DNA of 64,000 nucleotides from Octopus sinensis (Eukaryota). Position 1 is the first letter of the stretch. Every line of letters begins with the position of its first letter. A model generated the notes under the pieces. The model was not told the origin of the DNA, ran no database searches, and saw nothing but the letters and a program-made list of their open reading frames with translations. Of the stretch, positions 51,120 through 64,000 are shown one piece after another. The position numbers and the translations under genes were made by a program. The DNA is taken from positions 142,600,001 to 142,664,000 of the forward strand of contig NC_042997.1 in the NCBI RefSeq assembly GCF_006345805.1. The letters run 5' to 3'.

Positions 51120-51485
51120 TCTTCTTTTACTTGTTTCAGTCATTGGACTGCAGTCATGTTAGGTCACTGCCTTGATGGGTTTTAGTTGAGCAAAGTGCTT
51201 TTGTTAAAGTCTGGCACTTATTCTATCAGTCCTTTTATTGACCCACTAAGTTACAGGGACATAAACAAACCAACACCGATTGTCAATCGGTGGGAGTAGG
51301 GGACAAGCACAAACACAAAGGTGTGTGCAACTGGAACACGGTTTCCATTGACCAAATTTACTCACAGGGTATTTGTCAATTTGGTGCTATGATAGAAGAC
51401 ACTCAGCCAAGATGCTGCCCAGTGGAATTGTACCTGAAATCATGTGGTTGCAAAGTGAGCTTCTTAACCACACAGCCATACCTGG
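51120..51485 (-). mobile_element. SINE family B
   Basis: Same family. Further partial copies lie at about 0.65, 1.3, 7.1, 14.0, 15.7, 21.3, 27.1, 28.2, 28.95, 33.0, 38.0 and 39.4 kb. Confidence 0.7.
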
Positions 51486-52340
51486 ACCTGTTTCTTATCT
51501 TTCTTTTGTTTTTTAAAGACAATTGAATTAAGGTGGGTTCAATTCCTGTACTGAGCATTGTATTATACCCTTGAGCAAGGCACTTCATTTCCTGTTGCTC
51601 CAGTCTACTCAGCTGTTATGAGTTCCAGCTGGGTGTTAGAGCAAACTTCTCTTCCTCTGGCCGTCACATCTTGGCAGAGAGGAGAGAATTTCTGTGTTTG
51701 TTTGCCACTACATAGTTACCTAAAACAATTAACAAAAGCATGGGATATATTACCAAGCCATATTAATTCATGAGTGACATTTGGCTGTACTTCCATAAGT
51801 TATAGTCCAAGGGAGATTCAGCTGCTATTTTTTATTGGGCAGAACAACCATATAGAGGCTCTCTCATTAGTTCTAACGTTTCTATTGATTTATTGTTTAA
51901 CTTCCTTGTATTTCAAGTCACTGATTTCCATTGTAATTTTGATATATTATTTCTTTTAAGTTTATTTAATGACAATAACATTTAACTTTTTTAGTATTTT
52001 CCCACCGTCAATATAAATTTGTCTTTTTTTCATTTTATGACCCATTAGTAAATTTGGCATTGGTTCTTGTGTTAGCTATATTGAATTCAATGAAAAATAA
52101 ATTCTTTCTTTGGTTATGTTACTTGTTTCTATGTATTTAATCAGTTTCTTTTAACCTAGCTCATGTTTGGGGTATTAAAACAGTGTAATGGTTTATTTGT
52201 TTGGCAACAAAACAGTAAATATTTTCTCTGTATTATTTATAAACACAGAAGAAAAAACAAAAATACATCTTAAGTGCATATTATTTAGCTAAATAGCCTC
52301 TGTCTTTTTTATTGTTACTATAATGAATTCTTTCCCTTAG

Positions 52341-52830
52341 AGCTGGCTGGTTTCATATATCTTCCACTCAGGTACCCCTGAGCCACTCATCTCTGCACCT
52401 CTCATCACCTTTGTTGCAGCCACTCCACCGATTCCTGTGCTAACCACTATTTCCAGTCCTTCCTCCTCAGAACATTGTCCCTCTGGAATCTGCTCCCTTT
52501 TCATATCTTTTCTGTAGGTGTTGACCTATAACAGTTTAACTCATTAGCATTTAATTTGGCCATACCTGGCCTAAAATTTTATTTGTTTTATGTTCACACC
52601 TGCCAGATCTGCCTCTTACACCTGCCTTACAATCACGTTATCCAAATCTCAAAGCTATAAGTTAATTGCATGATTAATTCAAAATGATGTGAGTAAATAA
52701 GCATTACATTTGACACGGTAATCTAAATGCTAAAGGGTTAACTGGAACAATAACCAGTGGCTTATGGTGATTGTTGTATTGGGTGTGCTGCCACACCCAA
52801 TGCCACCATATTTCAAGCAGGGGTATGACA
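52341..52830 (+). mobile_element. Decayed CR1/L2-group LINE 3' fragment interrupted by a MITE
   Basis: Reads ELAGFI...NHYFQSFLLRTLSLWNLLPFHIFSVGVDL*QF, then the MITE, then the remaining 3' region. Same family as 25420-25796. Confidence 0.65.
52540..52737. mobile_element. TTAA-flanked piggyBac-like MITE, family E
   Basis: TTAA-ctcattagcatt ... aatgctaaaggg-TTAA. It splits a LINE reading frame at TTAA. Confidence 0.78.
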
Positions 52831-55712
52831 AAAGTTTCCCATTTAGATTTGTGGTTTAATTAATGAGTAAGGTTAATATTTATAATGAATTTGTCATTTT
52901 CAATGGGCGTGCAGGACATACCTAGCACATCCGGAATATACACCCCTGACAATAACAGCACCAAACTCACTGATCTTAAGGGCCTGCAAAGTTCATGAGC
53001 AGTGCTCTCTCTTTCAGATTCACTAAGTAAAAAAAAAAAATGAAAAACTATAAATATTTTAAACTGTTTCTTTTTTCTTATTTTGTACATTGCTGCAAAC
53101 TTGAATCTGGGGCTAAAATATGTGTGTAGATCTCTTCATGTATGTATATTTGATAGCTGTAAGCATTTTTGTATCTATCTTTCTGTTAGCTTGTCAGTAT
53201 GTTTGTGTGTATTATAAACTAAATTACAAGCCCAAACTTCAAGTTTTGTACAATCAGCTTTTATGGTTGACCATATTCATCCATGCATTCTTTTGAAATA
53301 CATTTGTAGATACATATGTGACATACACACACATCTATAGATAGATATGCACACATATATCTAGAGACAGATATGTACATGCACACATGCATACATACAA
53401 CGGATGTAGAGTGGGAAATTGGGAATATGCACTAATTAACACAGTCACAATACACTTTTAATTATTAGCTTTCAAAATTTTCTCACATATTGATCTGACA
53501 TTTTTTCTTAAACTATTCAGAAATGTCTGTTTTGATTTCAACTCCAGAATCTTTGTGAAAACATCTGTTAATTTAACTGACAAAATGTTACATGCTACAG
53601 TTACTTTTTGAAAGCACACACACAAACAAATTAATAAATCTTATAAAAGAAAACACTTAAAACATAATGAAAACAAAATCTTTCATAAAATGCACCTCTA
53701 ATAATAACAGAACAGAAAAAGCTGTAATTATATTTTTCAAAAATTAACCCTGTGTTCAAATAACAAGTGACAAGCAAGATATAGCAAGTGAAACTTTGTT
53801 ATAATAGAAGCCCCTAGCATACTTGGGATTCTATTTTTCATTGTTGCATCACTGAAAATTTTCTTTGGATTCACTCGTGCCTTTTTTTCTTTCTTATACA
53901 ATAAAGCATTAAATTTCTTTCATCATTTTTCATAGATACTCCAGGTCCTTGTAAATTTTCAGGCAACATTTTGTAGTAATGAGGTTATTTTGCCAACTCT
54001 TTGGGACACAAGCTATGTTGTCAATTGTTGAATGTTTTTAGCTGTGTTATTGTTCTTCTGGTTGTTATTGTTGTTCTTGATGATGATGTTGTTCATAAGA
54101 CCAGCTGTGATTGGTAATAATTGAGCAGGTCTATAGTCAAAAGTATTCAGGTTTGGTGATGCAAACAGGAAAAATAGAATCCAAGCATGTGTGTGTATTA
54201 ATATTTAGCAGAAGCAACAGAGGGACTCAAAGGCTGAGAGTTTTGTGTGTTAACACTTATCAAACTAGTTCTAATCAAAAGTATTCTAGTTTATATGCAC
54301 CTGTCTTTTTAGGGATATGTCAGATGACAGTATTTAATATGACCATCCCCTTTTAAAGACAATTAGGTGTCTGCTATATAGATGTCAGAGCAGTTTCCCA
54401 TTGTGGGTATCCCTTTTGTTTTGGAAACTGAGAGAACAATTTGTTTGGAGCTGAAGTGTTTTCTGCCTGTGAAAAGGAAAGCCAGTCATTTTTTATGCAG
54501 TTTTTGTTATAAATATGGTATTACTAGAGGTAGCCATTAGTGATTTTTCTCTACATAGTGTATTTACTCATGTGTAAGTCAAAACCCTAATTTAGTGTGA
54601 AATCTAAATACAAAATTTCTTGCTTTCATATTCAAACTTGATATCAGCTTTGTTTGATATGTATGTTGCACTCCAGTTTTTAAAATAGTATGACTTATAT
54701 TCAAGTAGTACAGTGTATATAATCCCAGATACCTTATAGTTAAGGGGGAAGAAGGTGAGGTGATTGCAATTGAGACACTGCTGATCATCAATCTATTTGA
54801 TTAAGTTTGGCATGGAACTAAACAACAACTAAGGTCACAGGTTTTTCTCTTTAGATAAGCAAAAAAAAAAACCCACCTGACATAATTTAACAAATTACAG
54901 TTATACATTGTACATTGATTTCTAACTATTGTGGCTATAATGAATTTGTGTTTTATGAAAGTGAACATGCTTATGAAGTGAATATACTACCATGGTTGTT
55001 GATTTTAACCTACAGTGTTCAATAATTGTTCTACAATATTGTTTGTTGTAATTATTTTAATAAATATTAAACTGGCTGATTTTTACTCATTTTTATCTCT
55101 GTAATAGAAAATGATAGTCAGGTAGTCCTTTATCATGATTATTATTGAACCAGAAAAATTAGGTTGTTGAATTAGGAAATATATTACGAAAGATTTATTG
55201 TGGATATCAAGTTGACTAGTTTGGCCAGTTAGATTGAAATCCCAGCCAATTTGATCTTCACAATAATTTTAACCAGTCTCAGCATAAAATCACCCCATCA
55301 GTAACTATTCCATTGTTATTCTTAAACCTGCTTTAAAATTATGAATTTTCCAATTAAAATTGATACATCTTTTTAAGCACATCTGCAAATTTGGATATAT
55401 GTACATAATAGCTTGGTAACTAATCAGGTTGTTAGAACATTATTACCCTGAAATATATCTTTATATTTAGATTCTAAGTTGATAATCAAAGAACAGTTTT
55501 TTTTTTTTTATGTACATGTAAAAAAAAATGAATAATCTCATTTATGAAATACTCCAGACACTCTCTCCCCCATGAAATATACATTTATTATCTTTGTAAC
55601 TTTGTAGACAAATAATCTAAATTTGTTGCTTCCAATGTTAAAGTGAAACAAAAGAAAAATGTTTTTGGTTTTGTGTGTGTGTCTGTGTTGTATATATGTG
55701 TGTGTATGTATG

Positions 55713-55747
<35 letters not shown>

Positions 55748-58700
55748 CTGAGTACATATATGTGATGCATATATATATATGTGAGTGTGTATTAACTCAC
55801 TAGTCCTGTCCCTATTGTTATATACACACCATATTCAAAATGAATAAGCATAGGATCATAATCTAAATGTATTTCACAACTGTTATGTCTATCATAAGAA
55901 AATGATTGCCATTGGATATGTTCATAAAAACTCTTCATTCTCTTACATCTTCTTGTTGATGTCATTTGTATTCTTCTATTAATGCCATCAAATGTTGTTG
56001 AGATTCTTTATGAATATCTTCAAATGCTGATTGTGTTTCACTTATATAAGCAGCTTATCAAACATACTTTACTTCTTACTAATAAAGAAAGAAAAGAAAA
56101 GAAACACTGCTACAGCCAGTCTACCTTTTTCTTTTTTCTTCTCTTTACAATTTACAACAGCTACCATTCATTTACAAGTTTTCATTTGCAATCATTTATA
56201 TTTCCTCTTTGTCTTTCAGCTCAATTGTATCCTCTCTTCTTTTTAGCTCTCTTTCTTTCACCTGATTAGTTATTATTTGGAACATAATGCTTAGAAGTGT
56301 AATTAGTTGTTTTGACTTAAATGGTTTAAATAACATTTGTATCCTAAATTACAATTAAACATGTACGTATGTCATATCAGAGCCCTGAAGCTTGGAATAT
56401 TGATTGCATTAATTAGTAAACAAATTCTAAAATGATTTTATTCAGTATGTATATATATTTACCAGCTTGCTTGTGTGTATTTGCGTACCTTGTGTATGAG
56501 TGAGTGAATGTGTGTATGTTGTAAACATTTTCATTTGATAAAACAGATCCAGGCAACCACATATGATGACCACAACATCAAGGGGTTGTGAGAAACTGCC
56601 AGTATCATTGTCCCAGTAAGGTCATATAAAATCACTCGCATGTGTATACAAGCACAAATGCTTAAGTTTGATGTGATCTTTCTTATGACAAAATTTGTTT
56701 TCATCGAGAAATATCATTGTTATAGCAAAGACATCATTAATTTAACTGTCTGCAGCCAACCTTGTTGATTTTGTGTGAAAGCCTACAATGTCACTTCTGC
56801 TTGTGTTTGGAATTAAATTTTTTTTTCTCCATGGCTACTAGAGAAGAATTTAAAGGATTTTTTTTGTTTGTTTACTTTTTTTCTTTTCCTTTGCAAGAAT
56901 TGTCAGCAAAATTTTAAGCCAGAGCATCTATAGTCAACAAAAGACAAAAACAAGAATCACAATACTGGTTTCAAAACAGTTTTCAGTGTTTACAAACATT
57001 AACAAAGCCTATCAAATATTTTATTTATTTATTATTTTTGTGAACCAAAAAGCAAAAAAAAAAAAAAAAAAGAAAAAAGCTCTTCATCAGCCATCTTTTT
57101 CAGTCCATTTTCTTTCAATACGTCATATCATGGCTTCTCTCATTCTCCAGCCAGGAAGCTCTCCAATCTGGAGATCCAAATTTTGCTGCATATTGCTGTC
57201 TTTCTTCACAATTTGTGATCAAGTGTAAACTTCAACACGTGATCCTACTCTACGATTTCCAGCATGCACCACCTCCTTGAAATGAGAACTTTATGGGTGA
57301 GTTCTGTCAGACCCCCCTCCCACATACCCAACCTGTGCTGAAAATTTGGTTTTCTGATTTGTAATGTCTGTAGCTGGTGATAAGCATGCTGTATTGAATA
57401 AACTACCTATCATGTAGTTCTTCTTTGTTTCTTCCTAGTAGTTATGTCTTTGATGCTCAATGTCACAATAATGTTGTTGATCTTGAGAAGAAAATTATAT
57501 TTTGTAGTTATACCAGTGAAATTATGGATACCAACAGAAAAATATCAAAATAATGGATGTAATAGTATTGTGTTTCACACACGTCTGTTTAGTATGTGTG
57601 CATGTGAGTTTTGCATGTAAATATGATTACCATGTATTATAAAGCATGTTCTTTGTATCCTGTTGGATGTAAAGATACTACCATCTACATATACTAAAGA
57701 AAGAAATGAGCCATTCAAAGGAGGTCATTCAATCTTGGAAGGTTGCTTTGTGAAATATAATTAAAAATATAATCAGTGCTAGTTATTGCAGCTGCTGTAT
57801 TTAAAGTGTTGCACGGTGAGCAATGACTTGAGATTTAAACCTTTGAGAAACTACTTTTAGAATATCCAAATGCCATAATCTTTGAATTTAAATGTCTCTT
57901 GGATTTAGATATATATATATTAAAACCAGAAGAGAGAAATATGTTGTTTTTTTTTATAAGATTCCTAAAAGGAGCCTCCAATAATCACCAGATATGCTCC
58001 ATATTTGAATTTAATTAATATTAACTAAAACTGGATATATTCAAATTCTTTATATTTAAAATCAGTCAACACTTTGTTTCAACCTATTGTTATATCTGGA
58101 ACCAATAACCTTTCTGTAAAGTCTACAATGTTGTTGTCGTCATTTTTGTTTTAAAATGTTTTAGCTTGTATGACCTATTACTATATGAGGTTAGGCTACT
58201 TTTATGAAACATACAGCTTCTACAGCAACATAAATGTTAGTCCACTTAGGAACTTTGATCACTCGCTCTGAAATTTGCCATCAGCTCTGGCACAGACATA
58301 GGAATCCCTATACAGTTGCTTCACTGCTAGGAGTAACATACATCCAAGTCTCCCTCAAGCTGTATTCTATCATCTTGAGGAAAGAAAGCCACATTAATTA
58401 ATATAGTCTGAGGTAAACTATGCCTTACAAAAAAAGTTGGATATTTGTCGATGGAATGTTTCTCATTCTAGATCTGCTCAATTGGCTTGAGCAGTCAAAG
58501 CAACCAGAATGCGTTTGTACTACAATAAAGTACCATAGGTCCTTATGATAGAAAAATAGGCCTAACATGTTACCCAGTTCAACATCTCTTCCTAAGATGA
58601 TTCTCTTATTGTAGATTGCGGGTAAACCTGATAAAACTAAAGCATTCTAAGTTTATTGGGTATTTGGCTACCTTTAGTGAAATTTGCTCTACATTTTAGC

Positions 58701-58887
58701 TGGGAAGCATAGTACAATCTCTTGACGACTGCTTATTTCAAAGTCCATAAAGAAACGTTTTCCTTGCAAAGAAGCTCCACTTACAAATACAACAGTGTCT
58801 CAAAACCACGAGAAGCTGATTTTTCAGTTGCTTCATAATCCCATACTCTCTTTGCCATTCGTAATCTCAGCAAACACAGGATGTTAA

Positions 58888-59105
58888 CCCTTTTGATACC
58901 AATCTATATGAGACTGCTAATTAGTTCTATGACACAAACTTTGTGTTTTAAAGTAACTTCAATTGAAACCTTCTATCAAAAAATTCCTGTTGGTTTGTTT
59001 CAAACAGCAGCTTAATGAGAAAATTATTTTACTGAAATTTTCATTATTTGAAAAATTAATTAAAAGAAAGGTGGTGTGCTTCAGTAGGAATATATTTACA
59101 AAGGG
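58888..59105. mobile_element. MITE family D, opposite orientation to 59307-59526
   Basis: TTAA-cccttttgatacc ... ttacaaaggg. Confidence 0.7.
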
Positions 59106-59306
59106 ATCCACTCAAGGCCGCTGACTTCCTCCTGTTAGGCTTATTATGGGGATTGATTTATTGGTTAGTAATTAATTATGGTTAATCGTTGTCCTCTTTT
59201 CTTTTTCCCAATCCACTAAAACAATTCCCCCAAAACTAAAACAATAAAGATAGTCAAATATTAACAAAATGGTAATGATTCCACTAAACAATTTTGCCTC
59301 TTTTAA

Positions 59307-59526
59307 CCCTTTTATTACCATATTTCTCTTGAAACACTCTGCTTTTATTTCAATTAATTCAAAAAATAGTGAAGAATTTAGTAAAATAATTGGCACAATT
59401 AAGCTGGTGTTTTAAACATAAATTAACATGAAATTTTGATGGAAAGCTTTATATTAAATCACTTTAAAAGAGGAAGTTTGCATCATGAAACCAGAGGTGG
59501 TCTCAAGCAGATTTGTATCAAAAGGG
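59307..59526. mobile_element. TTAA-flanked piggyBac-like MITE, family D
   Basis: TTAA-cccttttattacc ... gtatcaaaaggg-TTA(G), about 220 bp. Confidence 0.75.
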
Positions 59527-60061
59527 TTAGATAAACATTTATAAACTTTAGTATAACACTGACCTTATTTACTTACCAATAAACAAAACCACAAATATTA
59601 TTCCTGTTTGAGATACAAATTCTCATTCTCATCTCTCACCCATCTCTGCTGTTTAAAGTCCTTCTAAATTCCACCTCTTCTCCCCTAACATTCCTCAATC
59701 TTGGGGTCACAAAGTTCTGGCTGGAATCCCATCTATACTCATATTTTCCCTCCAAACATCTTCCTGTGGAAGTTCTTGGTGAACCTCAACCACGTGGATC
59801 TCATCAGTCTGAAATGACTTGCAAAGATCATAGGTTTCATTCCTCCCATTTCAACTAATTAATAATTCAAACTTAAATTTTTTAGCCCACATAAAAAAAA
59901 AGATAAAGATCAGACAGTTCTTTAGTCAAAAACAGAAGTTGTTTTTAAAATGATGTCACTTGTAGACTATAGGATTTCATACAACTAGCTTTTCAATGAT
60001 CAGCATATTCAAATTAACAGGTATATATGTGTATTCTTAAAATAATAATAATAATAATAAT

Positions 60062-60705
60062 ACCATTGCCCATATCATGAACAAATGCCCCAGACTTGCC
60101 CAAAACCACTACAAGTTGTGGCGATATGATCAGGTAGCGAAAGTGCTACATTGGAAACTGTGCAAAAAGTGGGAGCTAGAGAGAGGCAAGATGATGGTAT
60201 GAGCACAAACTGCAGAGAGTGGTGGAATCAGAGATGAGCAAAATCCTCTGGGATTTCCCAACCCAAACAGATCAGGTGCTAGAGCATAACAGGCTGGACC
60301 TAGTGGTAGTGGACAAGATGCACCACATATGCTGTATAATTGATGTTACATGCCCCTTTGACCCACGAATAGTCAAGAAGGAAGGTGAAAAACTAGATAA
60401 ATACAACTCTCTTAAGTACAAAATAACATGGCTATGGAAAATGAAGAAGATGAAGATAGTGCCAATTATTTTTGGGTCCTTAGGAAACAGTATCAGAAGG
60501 TATTAAGGGGAATATAAAGGAAATTGGAATAGAGTTCCCAGTAGAACTGTTACAAAAGGCTTGCCTCCCTGGCACAGTTATAATAATCAGGAAGGTATTA
60601 GATAGGTGAAAAGAATGGATAGCATGGTACTATAGGCTGCAGGTAGCAAGCCTGCTATGCATGTAAGAGTCCAGGAGCACCAACAAAACCTGTGATAAAG
60701 AGAAA
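60062..60705 (+). mobile_element. 3' fragment of R4/Dong-clade non-LTR retrotransposon (restriction-like endonuclease domain)
   Basis: Reads HIMNKCPRLAQNHYKLWRYDQVAKVLHW..KILWDFPTQTDQVLEHNRLDLVVVDK..IIDVTCPFD..EGEKLDKY..IVPIIFGSLG..LLQKACL. These are the zinc-knuckle tail, RHD-like and PD..D..K motifs. Flanked by (AAT)n. Confidence 0.88.
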
Positions 60706-60738
60706 TAATGATGATGATGATAGTAATAATAATAAAAA

Positions 60739-60977
60739 CCCTTATTCAGGTACCTTTTGAGCAGGATGGGTTACTCAACCAGAAGAAAATTCTAACTGGT
60801 CCCCATCTACAAGGTCATACGCTGTTTATCTTGATATGAGATCACCATGTCGTGCACACATGGTTGTGATGCATGTGCCTAGTGTACCCTTATCAGACGG
60901 GTAGTCATGATGGGTATACTGGGCTTCGTATATTTTACCCCAGTGTCACTTTGATGGCATGCACTGCTCTCTCACTC

Positions 60978-61024
<47 letters not shown>

Positions 61025-61043
61025 TAATAATAATAACAATAAT
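60739..61043 (+). mobile_element. Unclassified retroelement 3' end with long (AAT)n tail
   Basis: GC-richer block of about 240 bp ending ctctctcactc followed by (AAT)n, preceded by an AAT/GAT run. Confidence 0.55.
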
Positions 61044-62760
61044 TGGGTGGCAAGCCTATCTAATATCACAACCTTATCTAGAATTAATTTTGGTGCAAGC
61101 ATTTGAACAGAGTATCTCTTTTCTGTCTTTGTACTTGCTTTTCTTACAGATGTTAAGGCTGAGCATCAGCTGCTTCACTTTTAACAGTCAGAAACATTTC
61201 CCCTTCTATTAAGTTACAAAAATTAAATTAACTTCCTTTAACAGATAGATTACATATATTTTAACTGAGCTTTTTTTTGTCTCTGATTTTATTTAAGACT
61301 TTATTTAGCATAATTATAGAAAAATAGAAAATATTTACTAAATAATATATAAATATTTGATTGTTTACTTATTCTAAATTTAATATTAATCTTCTTTTCT
61401 TTATCTTCTGACACAAAATAAACAGTATTTTAAATTAAAGGGTCAACAAATGTCTCATTTTTCTGAAATCGTGTTTTTAGAGTATGTGGTTTATGCCTCT
61501 ATATATAGATATATTGTAGAAGGAGAATAAAAATTTAATTTTAGCAATTACATTGAGGAACAGCCATTCTAACCATTTAATAACATACAAAGCTGTTACA
61601 TTTACTTCTGATTTTAACACCTCGTGGAATAAATTTAAAATTTAGAATGAATTTAATAGCTTTGTATGTTATTAAATTACTAAATGGCTCTTCTACAATG
61701 CAGCTACCTCAGTTTCAATACGTCATTCAGATTAAGTCATTTGTTGGACAAGCACAACTCTTTTCTTTTCTTTTTTTCTTTCCAGTTAGTATATTACTTC
61801 AATAAAGTAATATTCTGATTTAATAAAATAAAGAATTTTGCACCAAATCTGTTTATCATTTATCCCATCATTCTGACATGATGTATTTACTATTGTAACA
61901 ATGTTTTTTTTTTTATTATTATTATTACACAGTGATCGAAAGGTTAGGCACTCATTTTTTAATTATGTAGTTAACACTAAGCAATTAATATGTTAAAAAC
62001 AAAACTTCTTAAAATTTTTGCTCGCCCTTTTTTGTTTCATTACCTGTGACAATTGTAAAAAGAAGGGTTCCATATTTACTCAAGTAAATGTGTAAGTCAG
62101 ACCTCTAATTTAATTTTGGTACAAAATTTTTTGCCAATTTCTGGCTTAGTCCAGTGGATAAGTTGCACCCCAGGGGTTTTTTTTCAGTTAAATCAAGTGT
62201 AAAATATTATAACTTATACACAAGTATATACAAAAATAAATAAAGATGGCAAAAAAAATTTTTTTAATAAAAAATGCAAGTGAACAACAATAAGGTTTTT
62301 TTTCTTAATTTTATATTAACTGAAGTCAATGTTTATAAGAACTCTTCAAACTAGTCGCTAAATAGTTTATTCAAAACAAAGGAGATCATTCCTTTTGAGG
62401 ATGTTTGGTCTTTGAAACAAACTCATTTACTCCAAACTACAAGCTGTTTAAATTTATTAGGAATTAAATTTTAATCACTGAATTAGAATTTATTTTGATA
62501 AGTTGAAGCATACTATGATGTTAAATGTTCTCCTTTGAAAATCATTTCAGACCCATTCATTTAAACACAAAATGTGTTATACCACTATGTAGACATGTGG
62601 ATTATAAAAAAAGGAAAACTATAAAAAAAATTATCTTTCAGTGTCTGAAAGTTGCCATGCATGACACTAAGTGTCTATAGAACAGTAATGCCTGCAATAT
62701 AGTTTATATTCTTGACAAACCTGCATTAGTAGACCTCCCTATGTATGTGTGTGTGTATAA

Positions 62761-62793
<33 letters not shown>

Positions 62794-64000
62794 TGTTATT
62801 TGTTAGCTTAGTTCTGTGCAAGATTGGGTGAGGTATCTACTGTGAATATCATTTAACAATTGAATATTAAATATTCTTCCAGTGCAGAATGAATATCGGT
62901 TAAAATAACTTTATAGAATGTATTAGGGTGTTCAGAAATTAATTATGTATTTTGAGAAGGACAAGAAAAACAGATGACTGTTTAATTCAATTAAATACCA
63001 TTTATTAATAATGTAATCATTATTACTGACTGCAGCAAAAGTCAAAACTTTGATTCTTCATTCAAAAAATTCTGGGATTTTTTTGTTGTTGTTGTTGTTG
63101 TTGTTGAACATCACATATTAGATGCAATGTTTTCCTTGTTCCCTTGTGTTCTGCCACTTATGAAATGCTCAGCTGATCAAAGCAAGAGATAATCCATAGA
63201 TCCAGTGAGTAATGACAGTGTAGAGCTTCAAATCTTAACAATCTTACTGTTTTTCAGGATTTATTTTTCCATTGTGCAAAACACCTTTCCTGTTTACCAT
63301 AAATGACAACTTTTGCTATAATGTTACATTGATATAATTAAGTTGCTGGCAATGTCTGCAATAATGGTCTTTCTTTGTCAGAACATTATAATGGACAACA
63401 CTTGTGTATGTTTTATGAGACACATAGCAAGGACTCCTGTGAATGAAGTTCTCCTTTTGCTATTGGTATCAGTTTCTTATGGTCTGATAACCGCTATCTG
63501 TTTTTTTTTTCTCTCTCTCTCTCTTAACATGCTATGTTCTATTTTTCAAGACCTGTAATGATGTGGTTCAGAAATGAATGATTGTTATTCCTTGTTAAGA
63601 GACTACTGCAGATAAGGGAATGTCGAGTCTCAAACAAGAGCTCATAAGGAAAACAAATCTCTTTGCATTTTTTCCCAATTCAAATAAGACATTTGTGAAC
63701 AGTTAAACATGACACTCTTTGTGCCAAGTTTCTTTGGCAAGGATATGTTTGATTCAGCTGTTTCTCTTGAAAGATTGTTGTCTAAAGTATTTCATCTTCA
63801 AGAACAAGATTCATAAGGAAAATCATTATCATTATTTCTAAACTTCTGAAAGCAAGATTGCTATTTATGAGCATTCACTGCATCAAGATATATTCTACAA
63901 ATGTTTTTATTGCTTTAGTTGCAGCACATTTTAAAAAAGTTATACAGTAGACAACAGCGAATATATTGTTCTTTAAAGCCTTTATCTCCCATGGGATTAA

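Noticed and set aside
52106-52165. miR-9-like start (tctttggttat)
   Set aside because: Diverges after 11 nt and forms no precursor hairpin.
59785-59812. CTGATGA-GATC..GGTT hammerhead candidate (minus strand)
   Set aside because: GAGG instead of GAAA, and it lies at the end of a probable decayed LINE fragment.

Overview
AT-rich, repeat-dense eukaryotic (animal) DNA. The mix of tRNA-headed SINE families, (CA)n/(TA)n/(AAT)n microsatellites and decayed LINEs suggests a coleoid cephalopod (Octopus-like); this is an inference from the repeat families. I can support no intact host protein-coding gene, and almost all ORFs in the track are microsatellite or repeat artefacts. The window holds a full-length decayed mariner (39971-41241), a fold-back mariner with two 5' ends (37026-37911), two mini-mariner MITEs, TTAA-flanked piggyBac-like MITEs nested inside each other, and 3' fragments of CR1/L2-, RTE- and R4/Dong-clade LINEs, plus several SINE families. 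The most notable signal is a set of short Penelope-like (PLE) remnants carrying minimal type-I hammerhead ribozyme motifs. Two of them are long palindromes with one ribozyme motif on each strand (36785-37007, 41578-41843), and solo decayed copies lie at about 10.2, 25.1, 28.5 and 47.1 kb. One candidate micro-exon (44401-44466) hints that the window is intronic. SINE/LINE boundaries are approximate and were read by eye.
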